Assembly: GCA_021513715.1 (NCBI GenBank)
Contig: CP084167.1
Coordinates: 640,001 to 704,000, forward strand
DNA from: Candidatus Heimdallarchaeum endolithica
GTDB lineage: Archaea; Asgardarchaeota; Heimdallarchaeia; Heimdallarchaeales; Heimdallarchaeaceae
Direction of reading: 5' to 3'
Length of the DNA: 64,000 nucleotides
Position 1 is the first letter of the stretch; each line of letters starts with the position of its first letter. The notes below the pieces were generated by a model that worked only from the letters and a program-made list of their open reading frames with translations, made no database searches and was not told the DNA's origin. A program made the translations under genes and the position numbers. Positions 22,013-33,277 of this stretch are shown in pieces.

Positions 22013-22554
22013 TTTTTCACCTCAAAATAATTATCTTCTCTGGGATTACTTTCATTATAATATTCTTGTTGTACATATTTTCGCCAGTCGAAGTCCTTTC
22101 TAAACGGAGGAGGGCCATCCCAGTCTTCCAACATTAGTGGAGTAAGATTAATGTTTCCTTTAAAAATCACGCCATAAAACTCATGGCATTCTCTTTCACA
22201 TAATTCTGCATTTTTACTCCATAGAGAAGTAACAGAAGATATTGTAGGATTTTCTCTATTTATCCTTGCTTTTATCGTTAAAAGCATTTTTTCTTTATAG
22301 GACCATAAATGGTAAGCAATTTCAAAATTATTCTTTTCAATCCAATCTGTAACACTTATTGTAGAAAGATGTTCAAAACCCATATCATAAGCAATCGAAC
22401 AAGCATCTACTATTTCTTTAGGTTCAATAGATACCCAAAGTCTTTTTTTTCTTTGGATATTAACCTTCTTGTTTAATTTCTTACTTAAAGCCGTTACAAT
22501 TTTTTCTTCTTTATAATTATTCTTCTCTTTCTCTACTACACTCATTTTACTCAC
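22009..22554 (-). CDS. NuoC/MbsK-like subunit
   Basis: ERE.HEFYG..F.G and PPFRKDF motifs; overlaps its neighbours. Confidence 0.9.
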   Translation of the reverse strand: MSKMSVVEKEKNNYKEEKIVTALSKKLNKKVNIQRKKRLWVSIEPKEIVDACSIAYDMGFEHLSTISVTDWIEKNNFEIAYHLWSYKEKMLLTIKARINRENPTISSVTSLWSKNAELCERECHEFYGVIFKGNINLTPLMLEDWDGPPPFRKDFDWRKYVQQEYYNESNPREDNYFEVKK

Positions 22555-22991
22555 TCATCCGGCATTCCATGAACATGTTGAACTATTTTGAAAACAGCAT
22601 CAAAAACAGCTTCAGGTCTGGGAGGACAACCAGGAATATACATGGTTACAGGAAGATAATCTTCAAGCTTCTTAACAGTGTTATATGAATCCCAATACAT
22701 CCCACCTGTTATTGGACATGAACCCAATGCTAAGACAAACTTTGGATCAGGCATTTGCTCATAAATCTTTTGTGCTCTCTTCATTGATTTTGGTGTCTGA
22801 AAACCAGCAATAAACAACACATCAGCCTTTCTTGGTGAATTAACTGTTATCATTCCAAAACGTTCCATATCCCACCTTGAACCTACAACTGGGACAAGTT
22901 CAGTAAATCCACAAGAGTTAAACCAATTAAAAACCCAAATAGCTTTTACAAAATATTTCATCACAGTTTTCTTCTTAACCATCCTTTCCAC
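22551..22991 (-). CDS. NuoB/MbsJ-like Fe-S subunit
   Basis: D.ERFG, SPRKAD, QMPDPK, GSCP and PGCPPRPE motifs. Confidence 0.9.
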   Translation of the reverse strand: MERMVKKKTVMKYFVKAIWVFNWFNSCGFTELVPVVGSRWDMERFGMITVNSPRKADVLFIAGFQTPKSMKRAQKIYEQMPDPKFVLALGSCPITGGMYWDSYNTVKKLEDYLPVTMYIPGCPPRPEAVFDAVFKIVQHVHGMPDE

Positions 22992-23575
22992 TTTCTTCTC
23001 TTTTGTTTAGAAACACAATACACAAATTCTTGCTATAATTATTTAAAAAAAAATCTACTTACATATATCTTTTAGGGTAAGGATTTAATCGTTTTGCTAT
23101 ACTTACAAGCCCAAAAATGATAAAATAGGTCAATGACTTTTCGGATAACCGAACATTAATCAGTATAAACACCTGTCTAATCGTGTGAATAATTACGCAC
23201 ATGTTCAAAATGGTGAATAACTGCGAATTAATTAACAATATATGTGTTTAAGAAAAAGCACATCTGCATTTAAGAATAGAAATTAATCAAACTATTAAAT
23301 CTAAGAATTTGAGGAAATAGATAAAAAAGTAAAAAAAAAGGAAAATAAAGAGACATCTACATTTATAACTTATAATACTCAAATAAATAAAAAAATTGTT
23401 ATAAATGTGAAGGAAAATTTGGTTAAGGTGTTCAGGAAAATAAACATTTGTAACGTGGTTCCCGTATGGGTAAGTTAATAACGTACAATCTGTTCTCCAA
23501 TAAGCAAATAAATTTTCTTATCAAATCTTTTAAACTGTTAAATAAAAGAAAGAAGAAAAAAAAAGAGTGTAAAAA

Positions 23576-24136
23576 CTATTTTGATAATAGCTCAATAAAA
23601 TTAGAAACAAATTTTTCGACTTTTTCCCAATCTCGTAAATCGATTACTTTATTCTTTGTATCATCATATTGTTTGGAAATAATTTCGACCATCTTTTTAT
23701 CTAACCAGGTCATTTTGCTTTCAGGAGACAAATCAAGTTTTCCTCCAAATGCTTCAACTAAATTAAAGTTTAATCCGTATTTTTGTAGTCTAGAGAATAT
23801 ATATTCATTCTTTATGCTCTCATATTTCTCAGGATCTGCTGCAAAGGCAGAAGAAACAAAAAAAGCTTTAATTCCAATGTATTTTTTTAATGCTTCCTTT
23901 TCGTTTTTTACGAATTTTTTCACACTTTTTACCCACATAGACATCTTAATTCCAGTTCCAATAATAAGACCAGAATAATTGTTTATTTTTGGAAGTTCTT
24001 GTTTTTGAATTTGACCTAAGTCAATAATTTCAACATAAAAGTTATTTTTTTCCAATAATTCTTTAATTCTTTTAGTTACCTCTTCTTTGGCACCGTATCT
24101 AGAGCCAAAGACAATTAAAATTTTTTTATCATTCAT
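23576..24136 (-). CDS. Flavodoxin-domain protein (HemG/Flavodoxin_5-like)
   Basis: SRYGA, F.GKLD and DLRDW.KV motifs. Confidence 0.85.
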   Translation of the reverse strand: MNDKKILIVFGSRYGAKEEVTKRIKELLEKNNFYVEIIDLGQIQKQELPKINNYSGLIIGTGIKMSMWVKSVKKFVKNEKEALKKYIGIKAFFVSSAFAADPEKYESIKNEYIFSRLQKYGLNFNLVEAFGGKLDLSPESKMTWLDKKMVEIISKQYDDTKNKVIDLRDWEKVEKFVSNFIELLSK

Positions 24137-24213
24137 AAAAAAAGCAATGCTTGGTTATATTAAAATCTAGTGAAATATAATAATTGAAGAAAATTGTAAA
24201 AAAAAGAAAAAAA

Positions 24214-25893
24214 TTATAATCTAATTCCGAATGTGGATAATTTCACACTAAACAAGAAAACAAAGAATACAATTGACCACACAGATCCTATAATACTGAG
24301 AATCAAAGCTTTTTTGTTTATTCCATTTTTCATTTCTGTTTTTTGAGCTTCTTTTGAAATAAAGTAAGAAATAAGAGAAAATGGAAAGATAAATAAACCT
24401 ATTTTCGAAAGTTTAAGTGCAAAACTCGATTCAGTATGTTTTTCTCTATTGTTTCTATTAAGATCTACCCAGTCGACATTGTAAAAGTTCCCTTGAACAT
24501 TCAATATATCTTTCTTCCACCACCTTTTTTCTGTTTCTTGTTTAGGTTCCTTTATGAAAAGATTGCGTAGAAAAACAATTATCCACTTCATGCTACCAAA
24601 ATAGCCTATTTTCTCCCAGAAATAAGTCAAAACGTGGTAAAAAGCAAGCGACAATATTATCACAATAATTGTTCCACTCCAAGGAAGTCTTACATATGTG
24701 TCAGTCATTACTAAGCTAACAATAAAGTAGAACAAATTGTAGAAGTATTGCATGTTGTAAATAGTAAAAGGAATAAAACCTAATCGTCTAATGAATTTAG
24801 TGTGGTTAGCAAAAATAGCACCTTTTCCTCTGAATTCAACTATTCGAAACATTACAGAGATTAAACAAAAGGAAAAACCATTTAAACTCAAAAATTGGAA
24901 AAGCCATCCAACTACTGGAACACCATTCTCTGTTGTCCAATATCTATGTTCACTTATATGTAAATACAAGTTTAGCCCTGCATCCATTCCTTGATTATTG
25001 ATAACTAAGAATACGTTTAGAAAGACACCTATTATTCCAATAACAAACATTGCAATACTTATGAAAAAGAACTTTTTTAGAAAAGAAAGTTTAATTTTCT
25101 CTTCTTTTTGAGAGATATAAATTCCAAAAATACTCCCAGCGAAACTTGCAGTTAAATAAGGAAAGACTGGTTCCCACATTGCAGCTAATGGACCAAGGAA
25201 AAAGCGTAAAACAAACTGTCCGAAGGAAGTTATACCAATTACACCAAATTCTACATTTTTTCCTGTAGCAGGATCAATAGCATAGGGATAACCAGGAACT
25301 AATTTATCTGATATAAACCACATTAGAGGAGTAAAAGCAAGAGCTAACACAGCAAATAAGCTATAGAAAATAATTAAAGTAGAAGGCTTTCTCCATTTTT
25401 CGTTTCGTATAAGAAGCGCATGAACGATACCATTTATAATAATGCACCACGCAATTGTATGAACAGTCTCAAAAAATAAGAAACGCCATAAGGCTTGATC
25501 ATATGTTCCTGCTTTTAAGTTGTTTAAATGAAGAAAAACTTCACCAATTGTTCCGTGATAACCTAAAATAGATTCAGATAACATCGCAAAAAAGAGAAGA
25601 AAAGAACCAGTAATTACTTGACGAAGCATAATCTGTTTCCAATTATCCCCTCTTGCTAATTGTCTTTGCATAGAAATCATATTTCCTATAGCTGAAATAA
25701 TTAGAAAAAGACCTGCAAGTCCGCCTAGAAAAGGAAGAACAACCAGTAATAAAACTTGAAATAAAGGTAATTGATCTAATTTAGCAACTAAGGAATCAAT
25801 ATCAAGGGTATCACTTATTATATGAAGCACAATCATAAGAAAGATAGATATTCCTCTCAAGAAATCAATAGTAAAAAATCGTTTTTTAATCAT
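24214..25893 (-). CDS. DUF1624/HGSNAT-like membrane acyltransferase
   Basis: R...IDFLRG....M...H motif and many TMs; start placed at MIKKRFF (25893) rather than 26010. Confidence 0.7.
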   Translation of the reverse strand: MIKKRFFTIDFLRGISIFLMIVLHIISDTLDIDSLVAKLDQLPLFQVLLLVVLPFLGGLAGLFLIISAIGNMISMQRQLARGDNWKQIMLRQVITGSFLLFFAMLSESILGYHGTIGEVFLHLNNLKAGTYDQALWRFLFFETVHTIAWCIIINGIVHALLIRNEKWRKPSTLIIFYSLFAVLALAFTPLMWFISDKLVPGYPYAIDPATGKNVEFGVIGITSFGQFVLRFFLGPLAAMWEPVFPYLTASFAGSIFGIYISQKEEKIKLSFLKKFFFISIAMFVIGIIGVFLNVFLVINNQGMDAGLNLYLHISEHRYWTTENGVPVVGWLFQFLSLNGFSFCLISVMFRIVEFRGKGAIFANHTKFIRRLGFIPFTIYNMQYFYNLFYFIVSLVMTDTYVRLPWSGTIIVIILSLAFYHVLTYFWEKIGYFGSMKWIIVFLRNLFIKEPKQETEKRWWKKDILNVQGNFYNVDWVDLNRNNREKHTESSFALKLSKIGLFIFPFSLISYFISKEAQKTEMKNGINKKALILSIIGSVWSIVFFVFLFSVKLSTFGIRL

Positions 25894-26319
25894 TAAACAA
25901 AAAAAAAAAAAATCTTTGTTAAAAGTTTTTCCTAATGCTGAAAAAGCGTTTAACTGCAATAAAAAAGTAAAAATTTGTTGGAAATTTAGGTTGTGAATAA
26001 ATAGTATCATAGAAATGAAAAATCAGATTAAAACCATCACTCCCAAGAAAAGATTAAATTTTGGAGTTAGAATCAAAAAGTCATTATAACAAGAAAAAGG
26101 ATTTTTTGGGATTTACTAATTATTATCATCAACTTTGTTTTTGTAAGATTATACTCTTTCTACTGTTATTTTAAAAGCTTATCCAATAAAGTGTAAAAAC
26201 AGTTCTTGTTAGTGAATTTGTTAATAAGAAACAAATAAATGCTCTTTTTTTTCATTAATCACTAATATTCAATTTTAAAATGTTGAAAAATGGAAAAAAA
26301 AGGTAAGAATCAGCTTTTA

Positions 26320-28695
26320 TTATTCTATTTCTTCTTTTGTAACTTTGGGCATTTTCTTTGGCCACCAGTTCCATTTCTGAGCTAATGACATTATTGCTGG
26401 AACCAATATTGTTCTAATAAAGAAAGTGTCAACTAATACTGAAATACACAAGATAAAACCTATTTGATTCAATATCATCTCTGAGCTAATTAACAACCCT
26501 GAGAAGGCTATTGCCATTATTATTCCTGCAGCTGTAATTATTGTTCCTGTTTTTTCTACTCCTTTTATTATTGCTGATCTATCAGAATAACCTTTTTTCC
26601 TATATTCGCTTATCCTACTTAGAAGGAATATATCATAATCAAGTCCTAAACCCAGAACTATTGAAAAGCTAATTATAGGAACAATCCAGTAAAGAGAGTT
26701 CACCCCATTTAATACATTTGGGAATAACCAGTCTAACACATTTTGCTCAAAAACAAGAACTGCTAAACCAAAAATCCAACTTAAGGTTAAGCCTATTGTT
26801 ATTAGCAATCTCAAGGGAATAAAGAGTGAACGAAACATAATTACTATTAGAACGTATACAATCAAAACTACTGTTAAGATCATATAAGGAAAAAGGCTTA
26901 TTGTTGTTTCTAGGGAATCAATCCAAAATATTGCTCCTCCGGCAAGAAAGATCTTATATCCAAACTCTTCTTCAAAATCCTCCATTAATTCTCTTGTGTG
27001 TTTCACCCAATCCAGAGCTTCTTTTCCTTGAGGGTCAAAAGGAGTAATGATTTCAAAGAGTGCAGAAGAATTGTCTGATGTAGCATAATTAATCCACATT
27101 TGTTTATAAAGAACAGAATCACCATCTGATACTGATGGATTCAAAAGCATAGAGGCATAAAACCAAGGAATTGCTTGACCATTCAACCAAGATATACCAG
27201 TAATAGATTCATTCGTCAACATCGTTTCTTGAGATAGATTTGCAATGATCTTCTGACTATTAGTAAAAAAATCTGGTGTTCTTACTCCATTAGTTTCATT
27301 AGTTTGAAAAATTAAATAATAGGGAAGTAACTGACCAGCTTTAAAATCGTCCTCTAAAAGAGCATAAGCATCCCATGTTTGAGTATTTCTAGGTAAAAGA
27401 TGTTTGTTCTCCAAACTAAGATCCATTTTCATTACATTTATAGATATTGGAATAGCAATAACTAAAACTAGTAAAATTATTGCAATTGCATATTTTTGAG
27501 AAAACTTTGTAATAGTGACCCAATTTATTTTCTTTTTTATTTTTTTGATATTTTGTTTAATTCTCTTATTTTTTCCATTATTCTGCATTTTCTCGATTTT
27601 CTTTTCTATTTTCTTGATATATTTTTCATTATAGAAGAATTTACCAAAAGTAAGCAATGCTGCAGGAGTAAAAGTCAGATTTGTAAACAAAGTAACAACC
27701 ACAGTAACGCCAGCTGATAATCCCAAAGAAGCAATAGCATTAACAGGAAAGAACATCAATCCTAGAAAACATACTGCAAGAGTTAAACCAGAAACAAGTA
27801 TTGTATGACCGGAATGCTCATTCATTAATGAAACAGCAGTATAATTATCTTTACCCTTTTCTACTTCTTCTCTATATCTCGTAAGTAAAAACAAACTATA
27901 GTCAATAGATATTGCTATGACTAAAGACATCACAATACTCGGAGCAAAGGAAAGAATAGTATATATGTATGTAAATCCGTAAAGAATAAGAAAAGTTGTA
28001 AAAATACTAATTGCAATGCTAACTAAAGGAAGAATCATAAGTTTAAGTCTTCTAATAACCAACGCTAAAACAATTAGAGCTATAGGTAAAATAAATGAAT
28101 CCATTCGTTTTAAATTATCTATAATTGCAATACTAAAATCTCTGTCCATTACAGCTAATCCTGTAAGAAATATTGTGTATTCTTCATGATTCAAATTTAT
28201 TTCAGAAACAGTCTCTTCTACATAATCAATAAGATCAGCTTCCACTTTCTTATCTTCTACTTCATAAATAACAATAATCAATGTTGAAGTTAAATTCTCT
28301 GAAACAAATGATTGTGCTATATCAGATTGATTAATAGCTTGTAGACCATAATAACTGTAAACACCCTTAATTATTTGACTATCCTCAAATTTATCCAATT
28401 TATCCATTAGAGCAAAAGTATAATTTTGAACCTCTGTATTGAGAATAGACCTATTACTCTCTGATTTAATAATAATAATCAAACTTGTACTATTCGCTCT
28501 TTCAGGGAATTCTTGCTCTAAAAACTGTTGAGCCTTATATCCATCAGTATATAGCGGAGGTTCAACCACATTTTCTGTCCTATCAAAAAAATTAAACCCA
28601 AATGTTATCCCCAAAACAAGTATAATTATCCAAAATACTAGTATTGGTATTTTAAATTTCTTTATGTATTTGTTATATATATCAACAATCCCCAT
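26320..28695 (-). CDS. MMPL/RND-family transporter
   Basis: IDYSLFLLTRYREE and GLDYDIFLLSRI motifs; start placed at MGIVD (28695). Confidence 0.9.
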   Translation of the reverse strand: MGIVDIYNKYIKKFKIPILVFWIIILVLGITFGFNFFDRTENVVEPPLYTDGYKAQQFLEQEFPERANSTSLIIIIKSESNRSILNTEVQNYTFALMDKLDKFEDSQIIKGVYSYYGLQAINQSDIAQSFVSENLTSTLIIVIYEVEDKKVEADLIDYVEETVSEINLNHEEYTIFLTGLAVMDRDFSIAIIDNLKRMDSFILPIALIVLALVIRRLKLMILPLVSIAISIFTTFLILYGFTYIYTILSFAPSIVMSLVIAISIDYSLFLLTRYREEVEKGKDNYTAVSLMNEHSGHTILVSGLTLAVCFLGLMFFPVNAIASLGLSAGVTVVVTLFTNLTFTPAALLTFGKFFYNEKYIKKIEKKIEKMQNNGKNKRIKQNIKKIKKKINWVTITKFSQKYAIAIILLVLVIAIPISINVMKMDLSLENKHLLPRNTQTWDAYALLEDDFKAGQLLPYYLIFQTNETNGVRTPDFFTNSQKIIANLSQETMLTNESITGISWLNGQAIPWFYASMLLNPSVSDGDSVLYKQMWINYATSDNSSALFEIITPFDPQGKEALDWVKHTRELMEDFEEEFGYKIFLAGGAIFWIDSLETTISLFPYMILTVVLIVYVLIVIMFRSLFIPLRLLITIGLTLSWIFGLAVLVFEQNVLDWLFPNVLNGVNSLYWIVPIISFSIVLGLGLDYDIFLLSRISEYRKKGYSDRSAIIKGVEKTGTIITAAGIIMAIAFSGLLISSEMILNQIGFILCISVLVDTFFIRTILVPAIMSLAQKWNWWPKKMPKVTKEEIE

Positions 28696-28802
28696 TTCAA
28701 CCACCCAAAATATGTTTATTGTATTGGCAATTTTTATTGTCGGCACTCTAAACATAACAACACCCTTATATAAACATAACCTTAAAACCATTCAGAAGAG
28801 AA

Positions 28803-29492
28803 ATGAATAATGGTTTCAGGATGAGAAAAGATCAAAGAAAAGAGTTGATTAAGCGAGTAACGATACAAAAAATGATTGAAGTGGGTATAGAAAATGTAAG
28901 TATGAAATCAATAGCTGAAGAAGCAAAGATATCAGACACATTACTTTATCGCTATTATCCCAGTAAATATGTGATTTTGTATGACTTTTTTCTGCATGAA
29001 TTTGATAGAATTGATGATAGGATTGAAGAAATCTTTGAAACAATAAAAATAATGATTACTGATCTTTATCAATCAATACCAATTTTAGTTAAAATATTGA
29101 AAAAATTGCTAAAAGAATTCAAGTATGGGTTATTATTATTGATAAATGAAGAAGAAAAATTGTTTACTTACTTAGAAGAAGGAAGAAAAATTTGGGAAGA
29201 GAAAGGAGAGAAAGTCCCCACTCTTTCTGTAGAATACTTTCTAAATAAACAAGCAGTAGAAGTTATTGCAGAGTATTTTTCCAGATGTAAAAAAGACGGA
29301 TTCTTCAAAGAATCAATAGACCCAAAAGTTGCTTCAATGATGCTTATTACAATAATCTGGCAAACAATAATAAAAAGACCATACAAGTTCTTAGAACCAG
29401 AGATGACTGAAGAAGAATACGACAAATTGCTTGATGGACAAATAGATATAATAATCAAGGCTTTGACTCCAAAGTCTAAAAGTGAAAAATAG
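28803..29492 (+). CDS. TetR/AcrR-family regulator
   Basis: N-terminal HTH (SMKSIAEEAKISDTLLYRYYPSK); divergent from the MMPL gene. Confidence 0.9.
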   Translation: MNNGFRMRKDQRKELIKRVTIQKMIEVGIENVSMKSIAEEAKISDTLLYRYYPSKYVILYDFFLHEFDRIDDRIEEIFETIKIMITDLYQSIPILVKILKKLLKEFKYGLLLLINEEEKLFTYLEEGRKIWEEKGEKVPTLSVEYFLNKQAVEVIAEYFSRCKKDGFFKESIDPKVASMMLITIIWQTIIKRPYKFLEPEMTEEEYDKLLDGQIDIIIKALTPKSKSEK

Positions 29493-29536
29493 AATTAAAA
29501 CTTAAGAAATAAAAAAGAAGTAGATCCATTATTAAG

Positions 29537-29953
29537 TTAATCTCTGATAAGTTCAATGAAATCGTTGGCAAATTTTTCTACTTTTTTCCAATCTCTGAAG
29601 TCAACAATATTGTTTTTCAAATCTGGTTCATAAACCCATTTTTCTGGAAATACAGGTTGAACATCATACATGCTGTAAAAGAGAATAGTAGGTCTAGTTT
29701 CATCTTGAATTATTTCCCCATAAACTATTGGATGACCAAATTCTCCTTTTGTTAAATCAACCAAATGAACGTTTTCTCCTCCTAAATGGACAATTTTTTT
29801 CATTAACATTTCCGTCATTTTTTCTATTCCGTTTCCATCAGCGGATACGGAAGGTTGGCGGATAAATCGTCTAATTTCTTCAATATGTTTTGTTTCAAAA
29901 TCTTCCCTTATTTTTGAGTAAATTTTCTCAATATTCAATTTAATCACAAACAA
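29537..29953 (-). pseudogene. Chimera: M20 peptidase N-terminus fused to a flavodoxin C-terminus
   Basis: QPSVSA, HPIVYGE and YSMYDVQP (M20/dipeptidase), then DFRDWKKVEKFANDFIEL, matching the end of 23576-24136. Confidence 0.75.
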
Positions 29954-30276
29954 GTCATATTGTTTATATAAATAGCTTTTAAGACTCTTTGCTAAAAGTA
30001 CAACTATTTTATTCTACTGTATTGGAGAAAAAGCTATCTTTGACTAAAAAAAACATATTTGTAAATTGAAATATGTGAGGTTATTGGCTTTTTTCTCTTA
30101 TCTCCGTTCTTTATACCAATATTATTAATATTTTCAATTATCTCAAAATTCGAAATATTAACACAGAAAACTTTTGCATAAGCTTTTTCATCGATTTGCT
30201 AAAATCAAAGATTTATTTGTTGAAATATTATTTAAAAAAATAAAAAGAGAAAATAAAGGAATAAAAAAATAATATT

Positions 30277-32031
30277 TTAAGAATTATAAAGTATTAGGAA
30301 ACGCTCCATGTAGTAAAGAAAAATTTGATTGAAATGTCCTGGAAAATAGATATCTGCAGCATGGCTTCCATATGGGAAAGTTAACAACGCACAATCTTTT
30401 CTTCCGTAATTTAAGTAAGTTTCTTTTATCAATTCTGATTCTTCTATTAACCTATCTTTCTCACCTTGAAAGATCAAACATGGAGGAGAATTTTGGTTAA
30501 TTAATAAACTTGGGTTGACCCACTCTTCTTTACTTCTTGTTGCAAATTCATACTGAACATTATTTGCTGGATAATAAGGGATTAACCCTTTTATTGTTAG
30601 TTTATCTGAAAAAATATTTGTATAATTTTCTGAAACTATAGATAACGCTGTTGCACAAGCGAGTTGACCTCCCGCTGATCCTCCTGAAATAAAAACAGAA
30701 GATAAGTTAGCTCCATATTTAGCAGCATTCTTTTCTAAATATAAAGTGAAATTTCCTATATGTCTCAACATATCATCGATTATAAAATCTCCATAGACAT
30801 ATTCGGGTCCTGATTGAAGAGAACCAAAGACTTGTGTATTATTATTTAAGCCATACTGGATATCAAAAACGATGTAGCCCTGAGCGGCTAGATATCTATT
30901 CATCATTTGAACATTCATCATTCCTTTATCTCCAATAACCCATCCTCCACCATGGATTCTGATAATTGTAGCGTTTCTTCCTGGTAAATCATTTGTAGGT
31001 TTTTTTGGTAAATAAGCATCGAAGTAAAGTTTAATGTTTTTATCAACCAAATAATTACTTTCACTCCCATCAAAGAAAAGAACGTTAGATATTGTTTCGC
31101 ATTCCGGATTACCAGTTCCTAGAAAATAACCAGTTAGCTGAAAAGGTGTTTCTAATAGATAATCTTCATAACCTGAATCTTCTATGATTTTTCTCCAATC
31201 ACCGTCGAAATAAGAATTGAACGCGTTACTAAATTCTTTGTCTGTAGAACTAATCGTAGAGGGAATATAGCCCATAGGAATAAAAGATATGGAACTAAAT
31301 GCCAATCCTAAAACAATAATAGTTGTAGCAGTGAATTTCATTTCGCTTATTTTTTTCTTTATTGTGTAAAGAAGGAAGAAAGTAGAATTGTAGATAACTA
31401 TCCCCAGTATTAAAGCTCCTGGAATAAAAAAAACGTTCATGAAGAAAAAGAGCGTGTTTTGAATTCTTGGAGCAAAGAAGATTATTATAGCAAATAAACC
31501 CATAATCATACCAAATAAAGCTTCTATTGTCAAGAGTATTTTCAAAAATTTGTAAAGGATCTTCTTTTTATTTGCTCTTACATCAACTTTGTTTCTGTTT
31601 TCCTCTTTCTTTTTTGAATCTAAAAAGAAAAACAGCAATATCACTAAGGGAATAAAAAAGAGGAGAATAAAGGTTAATAGAATGACTGAACTAAATAAAG
31701 CATTAACTACTTTATCGGGAGTGTAGCCTACAAAATTAATGAAAAAGAGAACAAGAACACTCAGATTTGTATATAGATAAAATATATAAGTTAATATCCT
31801 CACCCTTTTGAGCTCAGTTCCTTCTTTTTCTCTCACTTTGCCTATTAATGCAAAAAACAAACTGTTCAAGAAAATTGTGAGAATAATCAGTAAACCATTA
31901 ATGTTCCAAACAAACAAATTTGAGGGAAAAATGAAATAAATTGTTCCTGTAATAATGTTAAGAAGATTTAAAGCAAATAAAACCGAACAAATATAGAAAC
32001 TCAATGATTTCATAAAAAAATAAAATTTCAA
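30277..32031 (-). CDS. Membrane-anchored alpha/beta hydrolase (HSL/BD-FAE-like esterase)
   Basis: About 7 N-terminal TMs; HGGGW, GGSAGG, GEKD and GSH motifs. Confidence 0.85.
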   Translation of the reverse strand: MKFYFFMKSLSFYICSVLFALNLLNIITGTIYFIFPSNLFVWNINGLLIILTIFLNSLFFALIGKVREKEGTELKRVRILTYIFYLYTNLSVLVLFFINFVGYTPDKVVNALFSSVILLTFILLFFIPLVILLFFFLDSKKKEENRNKVDVRANKKKILYKFLKILLTIEALFGMIMGLFAIIIFFAPRIQNTLFFFMNVFFIPGALILGIVIYNSTFFLLYTIKKKISEMKFTATTIIVLGLAFSSISFIPMGYIPSTISSTDKEFSNAFNSYFDGDWRKIIEDSGYEDYLLETPFQLTGYFLGTGNPECETISNVLFFDGSESNYLVDKNIKLYFDAYLPKKPTNDLPGRNATIIRIHGGGWVIGDKGMMNVQMMNRYLAAQGYIVFDIQYGLNNNTQVFGSLQSGPEYVYGDFIIDDMLRHIGNFTLYLEKNAAKYGANLSSVFISGGSAGGQLACATALSIVSENYTNIFSDKLTIKGLIPYYPANNVQYEFATRSKEEWVNPSLLINQNSPPCLIFQGEKDRLIEESELIKETYLNYGRKDCALLTFPYGSHAADIYFPGHFNQIFLYYMERFLILYNS

Positions 32032-32237
32032 TCTATTTATTTATTTTTTGTGTGGAAAATAACAAAAACATTTATTTTCAAATAAATAAATTTGAAGGAA
32101 AATATCTGATTATTGGAAAATATTTATCAAACTTACAAAGCCAAAAATCATAAAAAAACATATTCAAATTCTCATAAATAATATTACACTATTTTTTATT
32201 TATGAATATTTAAATATGTAAATAGCCGCAAATTTTT

Positions 32238-32582
32238 ATGGAAATCGGATATATTTACCTAATAATATTTGTTGTTTTCCTTGTTTTAGGGGTATTAACA
32301 CATTTTGGTTATTTGAACATAATAATTGAACGTTATTCTGCTTTTCAACATCTTATTAGAAAGAAGAACTTTAAAGTTGATAAAAAGAAGGTATCAAAGT
32401 ACTATGAGACTCATTTCTATTTCTTTAGTGTTTTATTCCTTATTTCTGGCATAATAGCCCTAGTTAATTTCACCAATGCTACTCAAGTAGCTTTTTGGAT
32501 AGTTATTGGTACAATTATAATTGGTGTTTTGGCTTTTCTTTTCCTAAACATTTTGAAGAGATTTTTAATTTTTAAAGAATAA
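32238..32582 (+). CDS. Small 3-TM membrane protein (DUF3784-like)
   Basis: Three hydrophobic segments with a VDKKK loop. Confidence 0.6.
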   Translation: MEIGYIYLIIFVVFLVLGVLTHFGYLNIIIERYSAFQHLIRKKNFKVDKKKVSKYYETHFYFFSVLFLISGIIALVNFTNATQVAFWIVIGTIIIGVLAFLFLNILKRFLIFKE

Positions 32583-32902
32583 ACCTGTAATCTACCAATT
32601 ATATTTTTTTTCCTAAAGACTATGTTGCAAACTTATTAGAAATTTTTTCTACTTTTTTTCAATCTCTTAAGTCAATTATTTTGTTTTAATATTTTAATAT
32701 TGTTTAGAAACTATTTCTGCAATTTCTTATTCCACCATCAACTTAAATCTTTATGAATACCGATTTGCTGGATAATAAGAAAATGGACAAAAGTAAAAAG
32801 AAGAAAACATTTTGAAGATTAAAAAGTAAACTAAGGAAACAGGAATGTTACCAAATTTTTATAACCAAAAAACGAATAGATGGAGTAAATTTCTAATTTT
32901 CA

Positions 32903-33277
32903 TTATTCTAAGTATGGAATCACACAAAGAAAAACAACTTTCTCGCTTCCAATATTTTTATACCCATGAGGTTCATTAGGTGGAACGTACAACACATCAT
33001 TAGCTTTAACTTCTATCTCTTCTTCTTCATTAAAGACCACACAAGTGCCTTGAAGAAAGTAGATTTCGTGTTCTTGAGGATGATGGTGTAAACCTATTTG
33101 TCCTTTTGATTCAATTTCGAACCTTCGCATGGCAAATCTTGGAGCTCCATCTTCTTTACTAATCAACCATCTAATTGTTGTACCAGTTGACCCATAATCA
33201 TCAACATTCTTTTTTTCAACTTCTTCAAAATATTTCTTAATCATTTTATTCACAGTTACAATCAAGAATTCAACCAT
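32903..33277 (-). CDS. Cupin-domain protein
   Basis: HHHPQEHE and PPNEPHGY motifs. Confidence 0.9.
   Translation of the reverse strand: MVEFLIVTVNKMIKKYFEEVEKKNVDDYGSTGTTIRWLISKEDGAPRFAMRRFEIESKGQIGLHHHPQEHEIYFLQGTCVVFNEEEEIEVKANDVLYVPPNEPHGYKNIGSEKVVFLCVIPYLE

Noticed and set aside
25899-25912. T14 tract just upstream of the DUF1624 gene as a phase-variation switch
   Set aside because: Long A/T runs are common in intergenic DNA throughout this window.
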